From NCBI GenBank assembly GCA_963716725.1, contig CAVQUB010000005.1, positions 192,001 through 256,000 on the forward strand: a stretch of 64,000 nt of DNA. The letters run 5' to 3'. The stretch comes from an uncultured delta proteobacterium (lineage in GTDB: Bacteria; Myxococcota_A; Polyangia; Polyangiales; Polyangiaceae). Below the pieces are notes generated by a model. It did no database searches. It had not been told where the DNA came from and saw only the letters and a program-made list of their open reading frames with translations. The position numbers were made by a program, and so were the translations under genes. Shown here piece after piece: positions 49,825 through 59,077 of the stretch (position 1 is the stretch's first letter; each line of letters opens with the position of its first letter).

Positions 49825-52800
49825 ATGAAACTAAGACTAATTAATGCAGAAGGGCTCAAGAAGCTCGCCGCTCTTTCCCTCACCGCCGCTCTCGGCGTGG
49901 GTGGAACGGTCGGTTGTGGTGGGGATGACGAGGGCAGCGGGGGCTCCGGCGGCGGCAAGGGCGGCACCGGCGGCAGCGGCGGCAGCGTCGGCGGCACCGG
50001 CGGCACCGGCGGCACCGGCGGCAGCGGCGGCATCGCTGGCGGTGGCGGCACCGGCGGCAGCGGCGGCAGCGGCGGCGGCACCGGCGGCACAGGCACTGGC
50101 GGCATGGCCGGCGGCGGCGGCACCGGCGGCGTGGTGGAGAACCCCTGCGCCACTCCGACCTTCGCGCCCCCCGCGGGCACCTACACCAGCGCACAGAGCG
50201 TCGTCATCTCGTCGACCACTGCGGGCGCCACCATCTACTACACGACCGACGGGACCAACCCGAACAAGAACAGCGTCGTGTACAGCTCGCCCATCGCGGT
50301 CTCGCAGTCGGCGACCATCCGCGCCATGTGCGACGCGCCGGGCTTCACGGATTCGACCGTGGGCGTGGCCATCTACGACATCAACATTCCGGCGGGTCAG
50401 GTCGAGCCGCCGGTCTTCAATCCGGCGGCCGGAACGCAGAACAACGACTACCTGCTCTCGCTGACCTCAGCGACGCCGGCGGCGAACATCTGCTTCACGC
50501 TCGACGGTTCGACCCCGGTCTGCACCAACGGCGTCTGCCAGGGCACGGCTCAGACCTACAACGCCCAGACCCAGGTGCCGATCAACGGCAACATCACCAA
50601 CCCGAGCACCGGTGAAGTGACGGTGACGGCGGTCGCCTGCAAGCCCGCCATGACCAACGGCACCGCGCCAGCGCAGAAGTACACGCTGCAGGTCGCGACC
50701 CCCGCCCTCAACGGTCCCGCTCCGGGCACCTGGGGCTACGATCCGACCAACATGACGCTGATGCCGCTCCTGTCGTCGGCCACCACCGGCGCCGTGACGG
50801 CGCGGTACACGTCGCCGCCGGCCTCGGCTCCCTCGTGCACCAGCGGTATTCTGGTCAACGCTGGCGCGACGCTGCCGACCAACTGGACCATCAACTCCCA
50901 GCTGGGCAACAAGTCCTGGTCCTACGCCGCCTGCAAGGCTGGCTACAAGGGCTCGGACGTCTACGTGGCGGACTACAAGTTCCAGCTCGAGACGCCGACC
51001 ATCACTCCCGACGGCGGCACCTACTTCGCGAACCAGAACGCGGCCATCGACAAGCGCAACGCTGGCACGACGGGCACCTGGTCCTGCACGACCACCGACG
51101 GCGCCGCGCCGGCCTGTGGCACCACGGCCAACGCCTGCGCCACCGGCAGCAATGCCGCCTCGATCACGGTCAACAAGACCGCGACCGTGGTCAAGAGCAT
51201 CGCGTGCAACCTGGCGTTCCTGCCCTCCGAGATCGAAGCGAGCGATCCCTTCGTGATGAAGCTCAACCCGATCAAGTTCACCCCGGTGGACGGCACCCCG
51301 GTGAACTCGGGCACGGGCAACTTGGCGGTGACCATCGCTCAGAACGGCTCCGGCAAGGCGTATAGCTTCATCTGCTACTCGACCACCGCGGCGGTTCCGA
51401 CCTGCGCCTGCACCGGCACTGGTCTCACCAAGGTCAACGGCAACAGCGTTGCCTTGGCGGCCTCGGCGGTGACGGCGGGCACGACGGTCTCGGCCATCGG
51501 CTGCGATGACGGCACGGGCGGCTCGAGCTTCGAGCCGGCCCCCGGCAGCGCGAACTACCCGTCGGCCAACACCATGGCGCAGCCGGGCATCGCGCCAGGC
51601 ACGGGCACCTACAACAACCACCAGAACGTGAAGTTCACCAACAACGACACGCTCCAGGCCGCCAAGATCTGCTACACGCTCGACGGCAGCGATCCCAACG
51701 TCGTCGCGGCCACCTGTGCGGCGGGCAACGGTGTGACCACCTGCGTCCCGGCTGGCACGCTCGCACCCAACGGCGGAAACACGACCCTCAACAACCTGAT
51801 CCAGAAGACCAACGTCACCCTCAAGGCCAAGGCCTGTGACCCCGGTCAGGTGAAGAGCGTGTCGTCGGCTGCAACCGCGGTCTACGTGCTCAAGGTGGCG
51901 ACCCCGACGCTCACGACCACCTCGCCGGCCCCCGGCCCGGTGGCCATCGGCTCGACCATCAACTGGATCTCCGCGACCACGGGCGCGAACTTCTACTTCA
52001 CGGTGGACGGCACCACGCCGAGCTGCGTGGGTGGCGGGACGACCATCCCGGGCAGCGCCTTCCACATGGTCAACCCGGCCTCGACCACCATCAAGGCCAT
52101 CGGTTGCTCGGCGGAAATGACGGAGTCGGACGTCGCCACCTGGACGTACTCGTACTTCATGGCGCCACCGGTCATCTTGCCGAAGGGCGGCACGTTCAAC
52201 GACTGGGTATTCGGAACGGTCACCAACGCCCCGACCAGCACGATCGTGAGCAACGATCACCCGGCGTATCACACCACGTACTCGAACTTCTTCTGCTACA
52301 CCTTCGATGGCAGCACGCCGACGTGCTCGCCCTCGGGTTGTGGCTTCGGTTCGAGCACGATCAGCTGTGGCACCGGCGGTTGCACCACGACCGTTGGCAT
52401 CTCAGCCACGCTGAAGGTCGTCGCTTGCAGCAGCAACGGTCTGCCGGCGTCGACTGCTTCGAGCGAGACCTACCAGCTCCAGGTTGGACCCATCGTGCTC
52501 GGGCCGAACCCGGCCACGACGTACACCTCCCCGCAGGCAGTCACCGCTACGGTGAACCCCGCGCCGGTGGTGAACAGCCCGAACGACTACACGCTCTGTC
52601 GTAAGACGGGTCCCGCCAGCATCCCGCCCCAGCCGAACTTCTGCGGAGTCTCTGCTCTGCAGACCTACCTCGGCGCGGGCTGGACCTGCACGGACTACGG
52701 CACCGGCGGCGCCAAGCCCATCGCCAACTTGAACGTGACGACCGCGGTTTCGGTCATCGCGTGCTCGCCCGGCATGGCCTGGTCGACGGCCCAAGCAACG

Positions 52801-53376
52801 TACTCGTTCAACCCCTACGCACACACCATCACCATGGACGGCGCGAACGACTTCAGCGCCGCCAACGACTCCCTCGACACCGGCGCTGGCGACATCGCCT
52901 ACATGTCGTGGAACGCGACCAACATCTACGTCGGCTACAAGGGTTTCACGCCTTTGAGCGGCGAGACGGTGAGCGTGTACTTCGGCGAGTCGGGCGGAAC
53001 CACCACGCCGGACGGCGCGGGTCACCCGACCTTGCCGAGGAACTTCCCCTACCGCCTGGTATGGAAGAACGACACGCTGTCGGCCTCGATCCGCATGTGG
53101 ACCCCGGGAACCCCCGGTTCTTGGGGGGCGACCGCCATCCCGGTGACCCTGGGCTACACGGGCGGCGCGGGCAACGACTACGTCGAGTTCTCGTTTGCGC
53201 GCAGCGCGGTCGGCACGCCGACCGTGGTGTACATGGCAGGCGGACTCGTCAACGCAGCCGGCAACGCCTACGTCTCGGTGTTCCCCAACCCGCCGAACAC
53301 CAACGCAACCTGGACGCAGTCCTACATGTTCGAGCTCCTCGGCGCAGCCACGCCGAAGAATTCAGCTAAGAACTGA
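49825..53376 (+). CDS. Large surface lipoprotein with about 9 chitobiase/beta-hexosaminidase C-terminal (Fn3-associated) repeats
   Basis: SD GGAGGT, lipobox TVG-C, Gly-rich linker, repeated P.F.P..GTY...(C/Y)YT.DG..P units, C-terminal DOMON/CBM9-like segment. Confidence 0.85.
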   Translation: MKLRLINAEGLKKLAALSLTAALGVGGTVGCGGDDEGSGGSGGGKGGTGGSGGSVGGTGGTGGTGGSGGIAGGGGTGGSGGSGGGTGGTGTGGMAGGGGTGGVVENPCATPTFAPPAGTYTSAQSVVISSTTAGATIYYTTDGTNPNKNSVVYSSPIAVSQSATIRAMCDAPGFTDSTVGVAIYDINIPAGQVEPPVFNPAAGTQNNDYLLSLTSATPAANICFTLDGSTPVCTNGVCQGTAQTYNAQTQVPINGNITNPSTGEVTVTAVACKPAMTNGTAPAQKYTLQVATPALNGPAPGTWGYDPTNMTLMPLLSSATTGAVTARYTSPPASAPSCTSGILVNAGATLPTNWTINSQLGNKSWSYAACKAGYKGSDVYVADYKFQLETPTITPDGGTYFANQNAAIDKRNAGTTGTWSCTTTDGAAPACGTTANACATGSNAASITVNKTATVVKSIACNLAFLPSEIEASDPFVMKLNPIKFTPVDGTPVNSGTGNLAVTIAQNGSGKAYSFICYSTTAAVPTCACTGTGLTKVNGNSVALAASAVTAGTTVSAIGCDDGTGGSSFEPAPGSANYPSANTMAQPGIAPGTGTYNNHQNVKFTNNDTLQAAKICYTLDGSDPNVVAATCAAGNGVTTCVPAGTLAPNGGNTTLNNLIQKTNVTLKAKACDPGQVKSVSSAATAVYVLKVATPTLTTTSPAPGPVAIGSTINWISATTGANFYFTVDGTTPSCVGGGTTIPGSAFHMVNPASTTIKAIGCSAEMTESDVATWTYSYFMAPPVILPKGGTFNDWVFGTVTNAPTSTIVSNDHPAYHTTYSNFFCYTFDGSTPTCSPSGCGFGSSTISCGTGGCTTTVGISATLKVVACSSNGLPASTASSETYQLQVGPIVLGPNPATTYTSPQAVTATVNPAPVVNSPNDYTLCRKTGPASIPPQPNFCGVSALQTYLGAGWTCTDYGTGGAKPIANLNVTTAVSVIACSPGMAWSTAQATYSFNPYAHTITMDGANDFSAANDSLDTGAGDIAYMSWNATNIYVGYKGFTPLSGETVSVYFGESGGTTTPDGAGHPTLPRNFPYRLVWKNDTLSASIRMWTPGTPGSWGATAIPVTLGYTGGAGNDYVEFSFARSAVGTPTVVYMAGGLVNAAGNAYVSVFPNPPNTNATWTQSYMFELLGAATPKNSAKN
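49945..50130 (+). repeat. Low-complexity 9-mer repeats (GGCGGCASC) encoding a GGT/GGS linker
   Basis: Directly visible in the sequence. Confidence 0.8.
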
Positions 53377-53401
53377 TCCAGCTGAGTAGGTAAGAACTGT
53401 C

Positions 53402-53446
53402 CGGGGAGCACGGTTCCGCAAGGAACCCTGCTCCCCGCGACTTTTT
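53402..53446 (+). terminator. Intrinsic terminator
   Basis: CGGGGAGCA-C-GGTTCC-GCAA-GGAACC-C-TGCTCCCCG stem with a GNRA loop, followed by CGACTTTTT. Confidence 0.85.
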
Positions 53447-53555
53447 GTGGGTGTCGACAAGCGACGCCCCCGCGCGTCAGCCCCCGCGCCCGCGCCTCAA
53501 TCGCTCTCGACGCTCAGCCCCGCGTCGCTGAGCGCCGCTCGGACAGGCGCGACCG

Positions 53556-53711
53556 CAGGGGCCCATCTTGCGGCACCGGATCTGGAAGGAAGGCCTGCTC
53601 GTCTTCGACGCCAATCGGGAGCGCCGCATCGACTTCGAGTCGGACACCACCTCCCGTTACCTCGACTTCGCCCCGACCTTCGAGCGCGCCGCGCGCCACG
53701 CGACTGGCTAG
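53556..53711 (+). pseudogene. C-terminal remnant of an MntA-type minimal nucleotidyltransferase
   Basis: QGPILRHRIWKEGLLVFDANRERRIDFESDTTSRYLDFAPTF matches the P.LRH.I..EG.L....R..FE......YLDF.P pattern; the GS..DxD half is absent. Confidence 0.6.
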
Positions 53712-53766
53712 AGCGGCGGCCATGACCGACGCAGAGGTCGCCGGGAAGGTCGGGCCGCTGCCCGCG

Positions 53767-55479
53767 TCACTCCGCGATCACGTCTTCGACCCGCATCTCC
53801 ACCGCGTCGCCGCCGCGCCACGAGTCGCGCCGCAGCCGACCGAGCACCACGACTTTGCCGGCGAGGGAGCCGGCGCGGGAGCCCATGCTCACGCCGAAGC
53901 CGCTCATGCGCTGTGAGCCCGGCAGCTCGAGCTCGAGCTTCAGGTGACCGCCCTTCACCTCGCGGGCTGCCACCACGCTGGCGTGCATCGCGATGCGTGG
54001 CGCGGGGTTGGCTTGGCCGCAGGGCTCGAGCCGCGCCACGTCGGCCAGCACTCGTGCCGGCGTGTCGCCGGCATGGAGCCAGACCGTGTCGGCGTTTTCG
54101 TCCTCGGCGGCGTCGGCGGGAGACTCGGCGCAGGCGCGCTCGAAGCTGTCTCGCAAGGCGTCGAGTCGATCGAAGCGGACCTCGACGCCCGCGGCGGCCT
54201 GGTGCCCACCGAAACGCTCGAGCACGTCCTCGACACGCGTGAGCGCGTCGTGCAGGCGTGAGCCCTTGGGCCCGCGCACGGAGCCGCGACCCTGTCCGCC
54301 CGGCTCGAAGCCGATGGCGATCACCGGCTTGCCGTAGCGTGACACCAGCCGCCCGGCCACGATGCCGACGATGCCGTGGCTCCAGCCTTCACGTCCGATG
54401 ACGATGGCGGGGCGCTGGTGATAGCCCGCCTCTTCGATCTCGCGGACGGCTTCGGTGATCATCTTCTCTTGAATGCTGCGCCGCTCGGTGCTCATGCGCT
54501 CGATCTCACCGCCCAGCGCCCGAGCCTCTTCGTGGCTCTTCGAGAGCAGCAGCTCGAGGGCGAGATCGGGGCGCCCGAGGCGTCCCGGGGCGTTGATACG
54601 CGGCGCGATCCGGAAGGCCACGTCTTCGCTCGACAGCGCCTGAGTCGCGTCGATGCGGGCGAGCTCCAGCAATACGCGCACTCCGGGCCGGCGACCCTCG
54701 GCGAGCACTCGCAAGCCCGCGCGGACTAGCGCGCGGTTGTCACCGTCGAGGGGAGCGACGTCGGCGATGGTGCCGATGGCCACCAGATCGAGCCAGGCGC
54801 GCAGGTCGAGGGCCTGGCCAAGGCGCGCGCGGATCGCCGCGCCGACGCTGAGCACGAGCCCGCACGACGCGAGGCCCTTGTAGGGGAAGCCGCACTCGGG
54901 GCGGTGAGGATTCAAGAAGGCCACCGCCGGCAGCGGTTGGTCGGGCACCAGGTGATGATCGATGACGATCACGTCGATGCCACGCGCGCGCACGTCGGCG
55001 AGGGTCGCGTGGTCCGACGAGCCGCAGTCGCAGGTCACCAGGAGCTTGGCGCCGCTGGCCACGATGCGCTCGACCGCCGCCGTGGAGACGCCGTAGCCCC
55101 CGTCGAAGCGGCTCGCGAGCAGGGGGGTGGCTTGTCCGCCGAGGGACGAGATGATCCCGGTCAAGATGGCGGCGGAGGTGATCCCGTCGCAATCGTAGTC
55201 GCCGAAGATGGTGATGGGCTCTCGCTCGCGGATCGCGAAGGCGATGCGTTCGGCCGCCGCGTCTCGGTCAGCCATGCGCTCCGGCGGAGTCAGGTGCGAC
55301 AGCTTGGGGTCCATGAACCGAGCGAGCTCGGCGGGGTCGGTGAACCCGCGTCGCGTGCAGAGCTCCGCGATGGTCACGCTGATGCCCGCGGATCGCGCGA
55401 GCACGTGGGCCTCGGGCGATGCATCGGAGGGCAGGGTTGCCAGCGCGGGGCTCGACATGGATGACGGCCTATGGAACAC
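53767..55479 (-). CDS. recJ: ssDNA-specific exonuclease RecJ
   Basis: GDYDCDG, GYG, T.DCG, DHH, GTIADV, APRINA.GR, G..GIVA, GS.R, FGGH..AAG, LEP.G..NP motifs; start may be 55458. Confidence 0.95.
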   Translation of the reverse strand: MFHRPSSMSSPALATLPSDASPEAHVLARSAGISVTIAELCTRRGFTDPAELARFMDPKLSHLTPPERMADRDAAAERIAFAIREREPITIFGDYDCDGITSAAILTGIISSLGGQATPLLASRFDGGYGVSTAAVERIVASGAKLLVTCDCGSSDHATLADVRARGIDVIVIDHHLVPDQPLPAVAFLNPHRPECGFPYKGLASCGLVLSVGAAIRARLGQALDLRAWLDLVAIGTIADVAPLDGDNRALVRAGLRVLAEGRRPGVRVLLELARIDATQALSSEDVAFRIAPRINAPGRLGRPDLALELLLSKSHEEARALGGEIERMSTERRSIQEKMITEAVREIEEAGYHQRPAIVIGREGWSHGIVGIVAGRLVSRYGKPVIAIGFEPGGQGRGSVRGPKGSRLHDALTRVEDVLERFGGHQAAAGVEVRFDRLDALRDSFERACAESPADAAEDENADTVWLHAGDTPARVLADVARLEPCGQANPAPRIAMHASVVAAREVKGGHLKLELELPGSQRMSGFGVSMGSRAGSLAGKVVVLGRLRRDSWRGGDAVEMRVEDVIAE

Positions 55480-55631
55480 AGGGATCGATGAGCGTCAACG
55501 AAGCCCGCTCCGGCACGCCGAAAGTAGCCGCGACAGAGCTGTCATGCTGGCGCGCTCGAGCAGACGCAGATCCGGCGTGAATATTCAAGGCCCGCGGGTC
55601 TGGCTCGTGGATTGCAAAGGCTCGCGTCACC

Positions 55632-57443
55632 GTGGGTGGCGCAACACGACGTCGGATCGCACTGAAGCTCGGCTTGCTGGCGCTGCCAGGTTTGCTGCTG
55701 ACGCTCGCGCACTGCGCGGGCGGTGACGCAGAAGACAGCGGTGCCGGGGTGGGCGGCGAGGGCGGCTCGGATTCGGGCCCGTGCATCGGGCCCGGCTGCG
55801 GCGGATCGGGTGGTTCCTCGATGGGTGGTGCCGCGGGCAGCGGGCCGCCGCCGGAGGAAGAGCTCGAGAGCTCGTTCCGATCACCGGTCGCCACCGGGAA
55901 ATACGTGTGGGCTGCCAATCCCGAGAGTGGCCGCGTGGCGCTGATCGACGCGACGAGCCTCGAGGTGCAGACCCTCGAGGCCGGCAATGGTCCGACGCAC
56001 CTGGCTGCGCTCGCGGATCCCGCCAACCCGGACGCGGCGCGCGCCATCGTGCTCAACGTGAAGAGCCATGACGCGACGGTGTTGATCGCGGACGCGCAGG
56101 GCAAGGTCACGACCGCGACCGCGAAGGTCCACCAGGACGCCAACGGATGGGCCATCAGCTCCAAGGGTCGCTTTGCCATCGCCTGGACCGACGCGGCGAA
56201 GATCCCGAAGGCCGATCCCACCGAGGGCTTTCAAGACGTCACAGTGCTCGATTTGGCGGGCAAAGAGCCGACTTCCGTGCGCCTGAGCGTGGGCTATCGG
56301 CCCACGCGGGTGTTCATTTCGAGCGACGAGAAGCGCGCGTTCGTAGTGACCGAGCCGGGGCTCTCCGTCATTGAGCTCGACTCCGGCCTCGGGCCCCACG
56401 TGAGCGCCGAGGTGCCCGTCACCGACGACCCGCTCGACAACCCCGCTTCGCGCGACGTGTCGGTGACTCCCGATGGGGCTTGGGCCCTGGTGCGGCGCGA
56501 CGGCTCGAGCGAGGTCGGCATCGTGTCGCTCGCCGACGGCAAGCGCGTGAGCGTGAAGCTGTCGGGGGCTGTGACCGATCTGGATCTCAGCGACGACGGC
56601 AAGCGGGCCATCGCGGTGGTGCGACAACCCGGTTCGACCGCGTTCCCAGACGCAGGTCCCGCGGACGATGCGAGCGCGGACGACGCGAGCGCGGACGACG
56701 CGAGCGCGGACGATGCCAGCGCGGACGATGCCAGCGCGGACGACGCCAGCGCGGACGACGCGAGCACCGACACGACTCCCGCGCCGCCGCCCAGCTCGGA
56801 CGTCGTGCTGCTTCCCATCCCGGGCATCTTCACGAATCCCGGCTCCTTCGAGACGGTGAGCATCCAAGGGCAGTCCTTCGGCAGCGTTGCGGTCAGCGCC
56901 AGCGGCGGGGTCGCGCTCTTGTTCACCAACGCAACTCCGAACGATCACCTGACCATCTTGAATACCGCCCCGGGCGCGAGCTTCCTCACGCACCGCACCG
57001 TGTCGCTCAAGGCTCCGGTCAAGGCCGTGTTCCCCGCGGCTGATGGATCCCACGCCGTCGCCTTGCTCTCGCCGAGCCCCGGCAGCACCAAGGCCGGTGC
57101 GTTCAGCGTGGTGCCCCTCTCCGTGGACTTGCCGCCGAAGATCCAGGGCACCGACGCGCCGGCGGTCGGCGTCGCCATCCTTTCGGCGCGCGCGTTGGTG
57201 ACGGTGCGCGACGACGCCAAGAAGCTCTACGCGACCTATCTCGTGCGCATGCCCGAGCTGCAGGTCGATCCCTTCAAGCTCTCGAGCCCACCCCTCGCCA
57301 CCGGAGTCGTGCCGGCCGTCAGCGTCGGTTACGTCGCGCAGGAGCACCCCGAGGGGCGCATCACCTTCGTGACATTGGCGGACGGCAAGGCGCGCACCCT
57401 GACCGGCTTCGAGCTTGGCGCCAAGGTCGTGGACGGGAGCGAA
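55632..57443 (+). CDS. Beta-propeller lipoprotein, paralog A (no stop; in frame with paralog B)
   Basis: Signal ending LTLAH-C; EEELESSFRSPVATGKYVW.ANP.SG.VA.IDA ... HPEGRITF...RTLTGFELGAKVV. Confidence 0.8.
56661..56765 (+). repeat. 15-bp coding VNTR, 7 copies encoding (ADDAS)7
   Basis: GCGGACGAYGCSAGC x7. Confidence 0.95.
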
Positions 57444-59066
57444 ATGATGTTGCGACTGGCCGGTGTCGGACTGGTGGGCGTGGCGCTGTCGCTGTTCCTC
57501 CTGAACTGCGGCTCGGACGACGCGGGCGGTGCCGGCGCACCGATGGGTGGGGCGGGTGGCAGCACGGCCGGCGGCGCTACGGGCACCGGTGGGGCCACAG
57601 GCGGAAGCGGCGGTGGACTCGCGGACGCGGGCGTCGACGCGCCGCCGGAGCAGGAGCTCGAGAGCTCGTTCCGCTCGCCGGTGGCCACGGGCAAATATGT
57701 GTGGGCCGCCAACCCGGACAGCGGTCGCGTAGCGCTGATCGACGCGACCAGCTACGACGTGAAGATCGCCGAGGCCGGCTACGGACCGACTTACCTCGCG
57801 GCGATCCCCGACGCGAGCAGCAACTCGGCCATCGTGCTCAACGTGAAGAGCCACGACGCGACGCTGTTCCGCGTGGCCAGCGACGGCACCTTCTCGCAGA
57901 AGACCCTGAAGACCCACGCGGCGGCCAACGCCTGGGCCGTCAGTCCGGGCGGCAAGTGGGCGATTGCCTGGACCGACGCGTCGGCGATCGCGGGCGCGGA
58001 TCCGACCGAGGGCTTCCAAGACGTGACGGTCATCGACTTGAGCCCGGGCAAGGAGAGCTCGAAGATCCTGAGCGTGGGCTATCGTCCGGCGCGCCTCGGC
58101 TTCGCCAAGGACGAAACGCGAGCGTTCGCGGTGACCGAGCCCGGGATCTCGGTGATCACGCTGGACGGTACGGGGCCCAGCGTCAGCGCCCTGGTGAAGG
58201 TGACCGACGATCCGCTGGAGAACCCGGCGTCGCGCGACGTGACGCTGACGCCGGACGGCGCGTGGGCCCTGGTTCGACGGGACGGAAGCGCGTCGGTGTC
58301 CTTCGTCTCGCTCGCGAGCGGTGCACGCACCGATCTGCCGCTCTCCGGCAACGTGACGGATCTCGATTTGTCCGAAGATGGACTGCGGGCGGTGGCCGTC
58401 GTGCGCGACACCTCCGAGGTGTTCGTGCTGCCGGTGCCGGGTGCCGCCAGCGATCCCAGCAGCATCGAGAAGAAGACCGTGAGCGGGGAGTTCTTCGGCA
58501 GCGTGGCGCTCTCGACCGATGCGAGCGTCGCGTTGCTCTACACCAACGCGCTCGCGAACGACCACCTGACCATCTTGAACGCTGGTCCGGGGCCGGACTT
58601 CCTCACGCACCGCACCGTCGCGCTCAAGGCGCCGGTCTCAGCCGTCTTCCCGGCTCCGGACGCCAAGCACGCCATCGTGCTTCAGAAGACCTTGGCCGGC
58701 AGCACCAAGGCCGGCGCGTTCTCGGTGGTGTCCACCGCCGCGCAGCTCTCGCCGAAGATCCTGGGCACCGACGCCGCCCCCAACGCAGTGGCCATTCAGC
58801 CCGCGCCCAAGAGCGAGCACGCGCTGGTCAGCGTGCGGGACGACGCCAAGAAGGTCTTCGGCGTCTATCGCATCAAGCTCTCGAGCCAGCAGGTGGACTT
58901 CACCAAGCTGGCGAGCCCACCGCTCGCGACCGGCATCGTCGGCGCCGCGGGCAAGGGATACGTCGCGCAGCTTCACCCTGAAGGGCGCATCACCTTCATC
59001 GACTTCGCCAGCGGCGAAGTGAGGACGCTCACGGGCTTCGAGCTCGGGGCCAAGGTCGTCGAGTGA
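57444..59066 (+). CDS. Beta-propeller lipoprotein, paralog B
   Basis: Own SD (GGGAG), ATG and lipoprotein signal (LFLLN-C); colinear homolog of paralog A. Confidence 0.85.
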   Translation: MMLRLAGVGLVGVALSLFLLNCGSDDAGGAGAPMGGAGGSTAGGATGTGGATGGSGGGLADAGVDAPPEQELESSFRSPVATGKYVWAANPDSGRVALIDATSYDVKIAEAGYGPTYLAAIPDASSNSAIVLNVKSHDATLFRVASDGTFSQKTLKTHAAANAWAVSPGGKWAIAWTDASAIAGADPTEGFQDVTVIDLSPGKESSKILSVGYRPARLGFAKDETRAFAVTEPGISVITLDGTGPSVSALVKVTDDPLENPASRDVTLTPDGAWALVRRDGSASVSFVSLASGARTDLPLSGNVTDLDLSEDGLRAVAVVRDTSEVFVLPVPGAASDPSSIEKKTVSGEFFGSVALSTDASVALLYTNALANDHLTILNAGPGPDFLTHRTVALKAPVSAVFPAPDAKHAIVLQKTLAGSTKAGAFSVVSTAAQLSPKILGTDAAPNAVAIQPAPKSEHALVSVRDDAKKVFGVYRIKLSSQQVDFTKLASPPLATGIVGAAGKGYVAQLHPEGRITFIDFASGEVRTLTGFELGAKVVE

Positions 59067-59077
59067 GAGGAACCCGC

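Noticed and set aside
53402..53446. Structured ncRNA or tRNA
   Set aside because: A single hairpin plus T-run right after a stop codon is better explained as a terminator; no cloverleaf.
56661..56765. CRISPR-like array
   Set aside because: Contiguous 15-bp in-frame repeats with no spacers and no cas genes.
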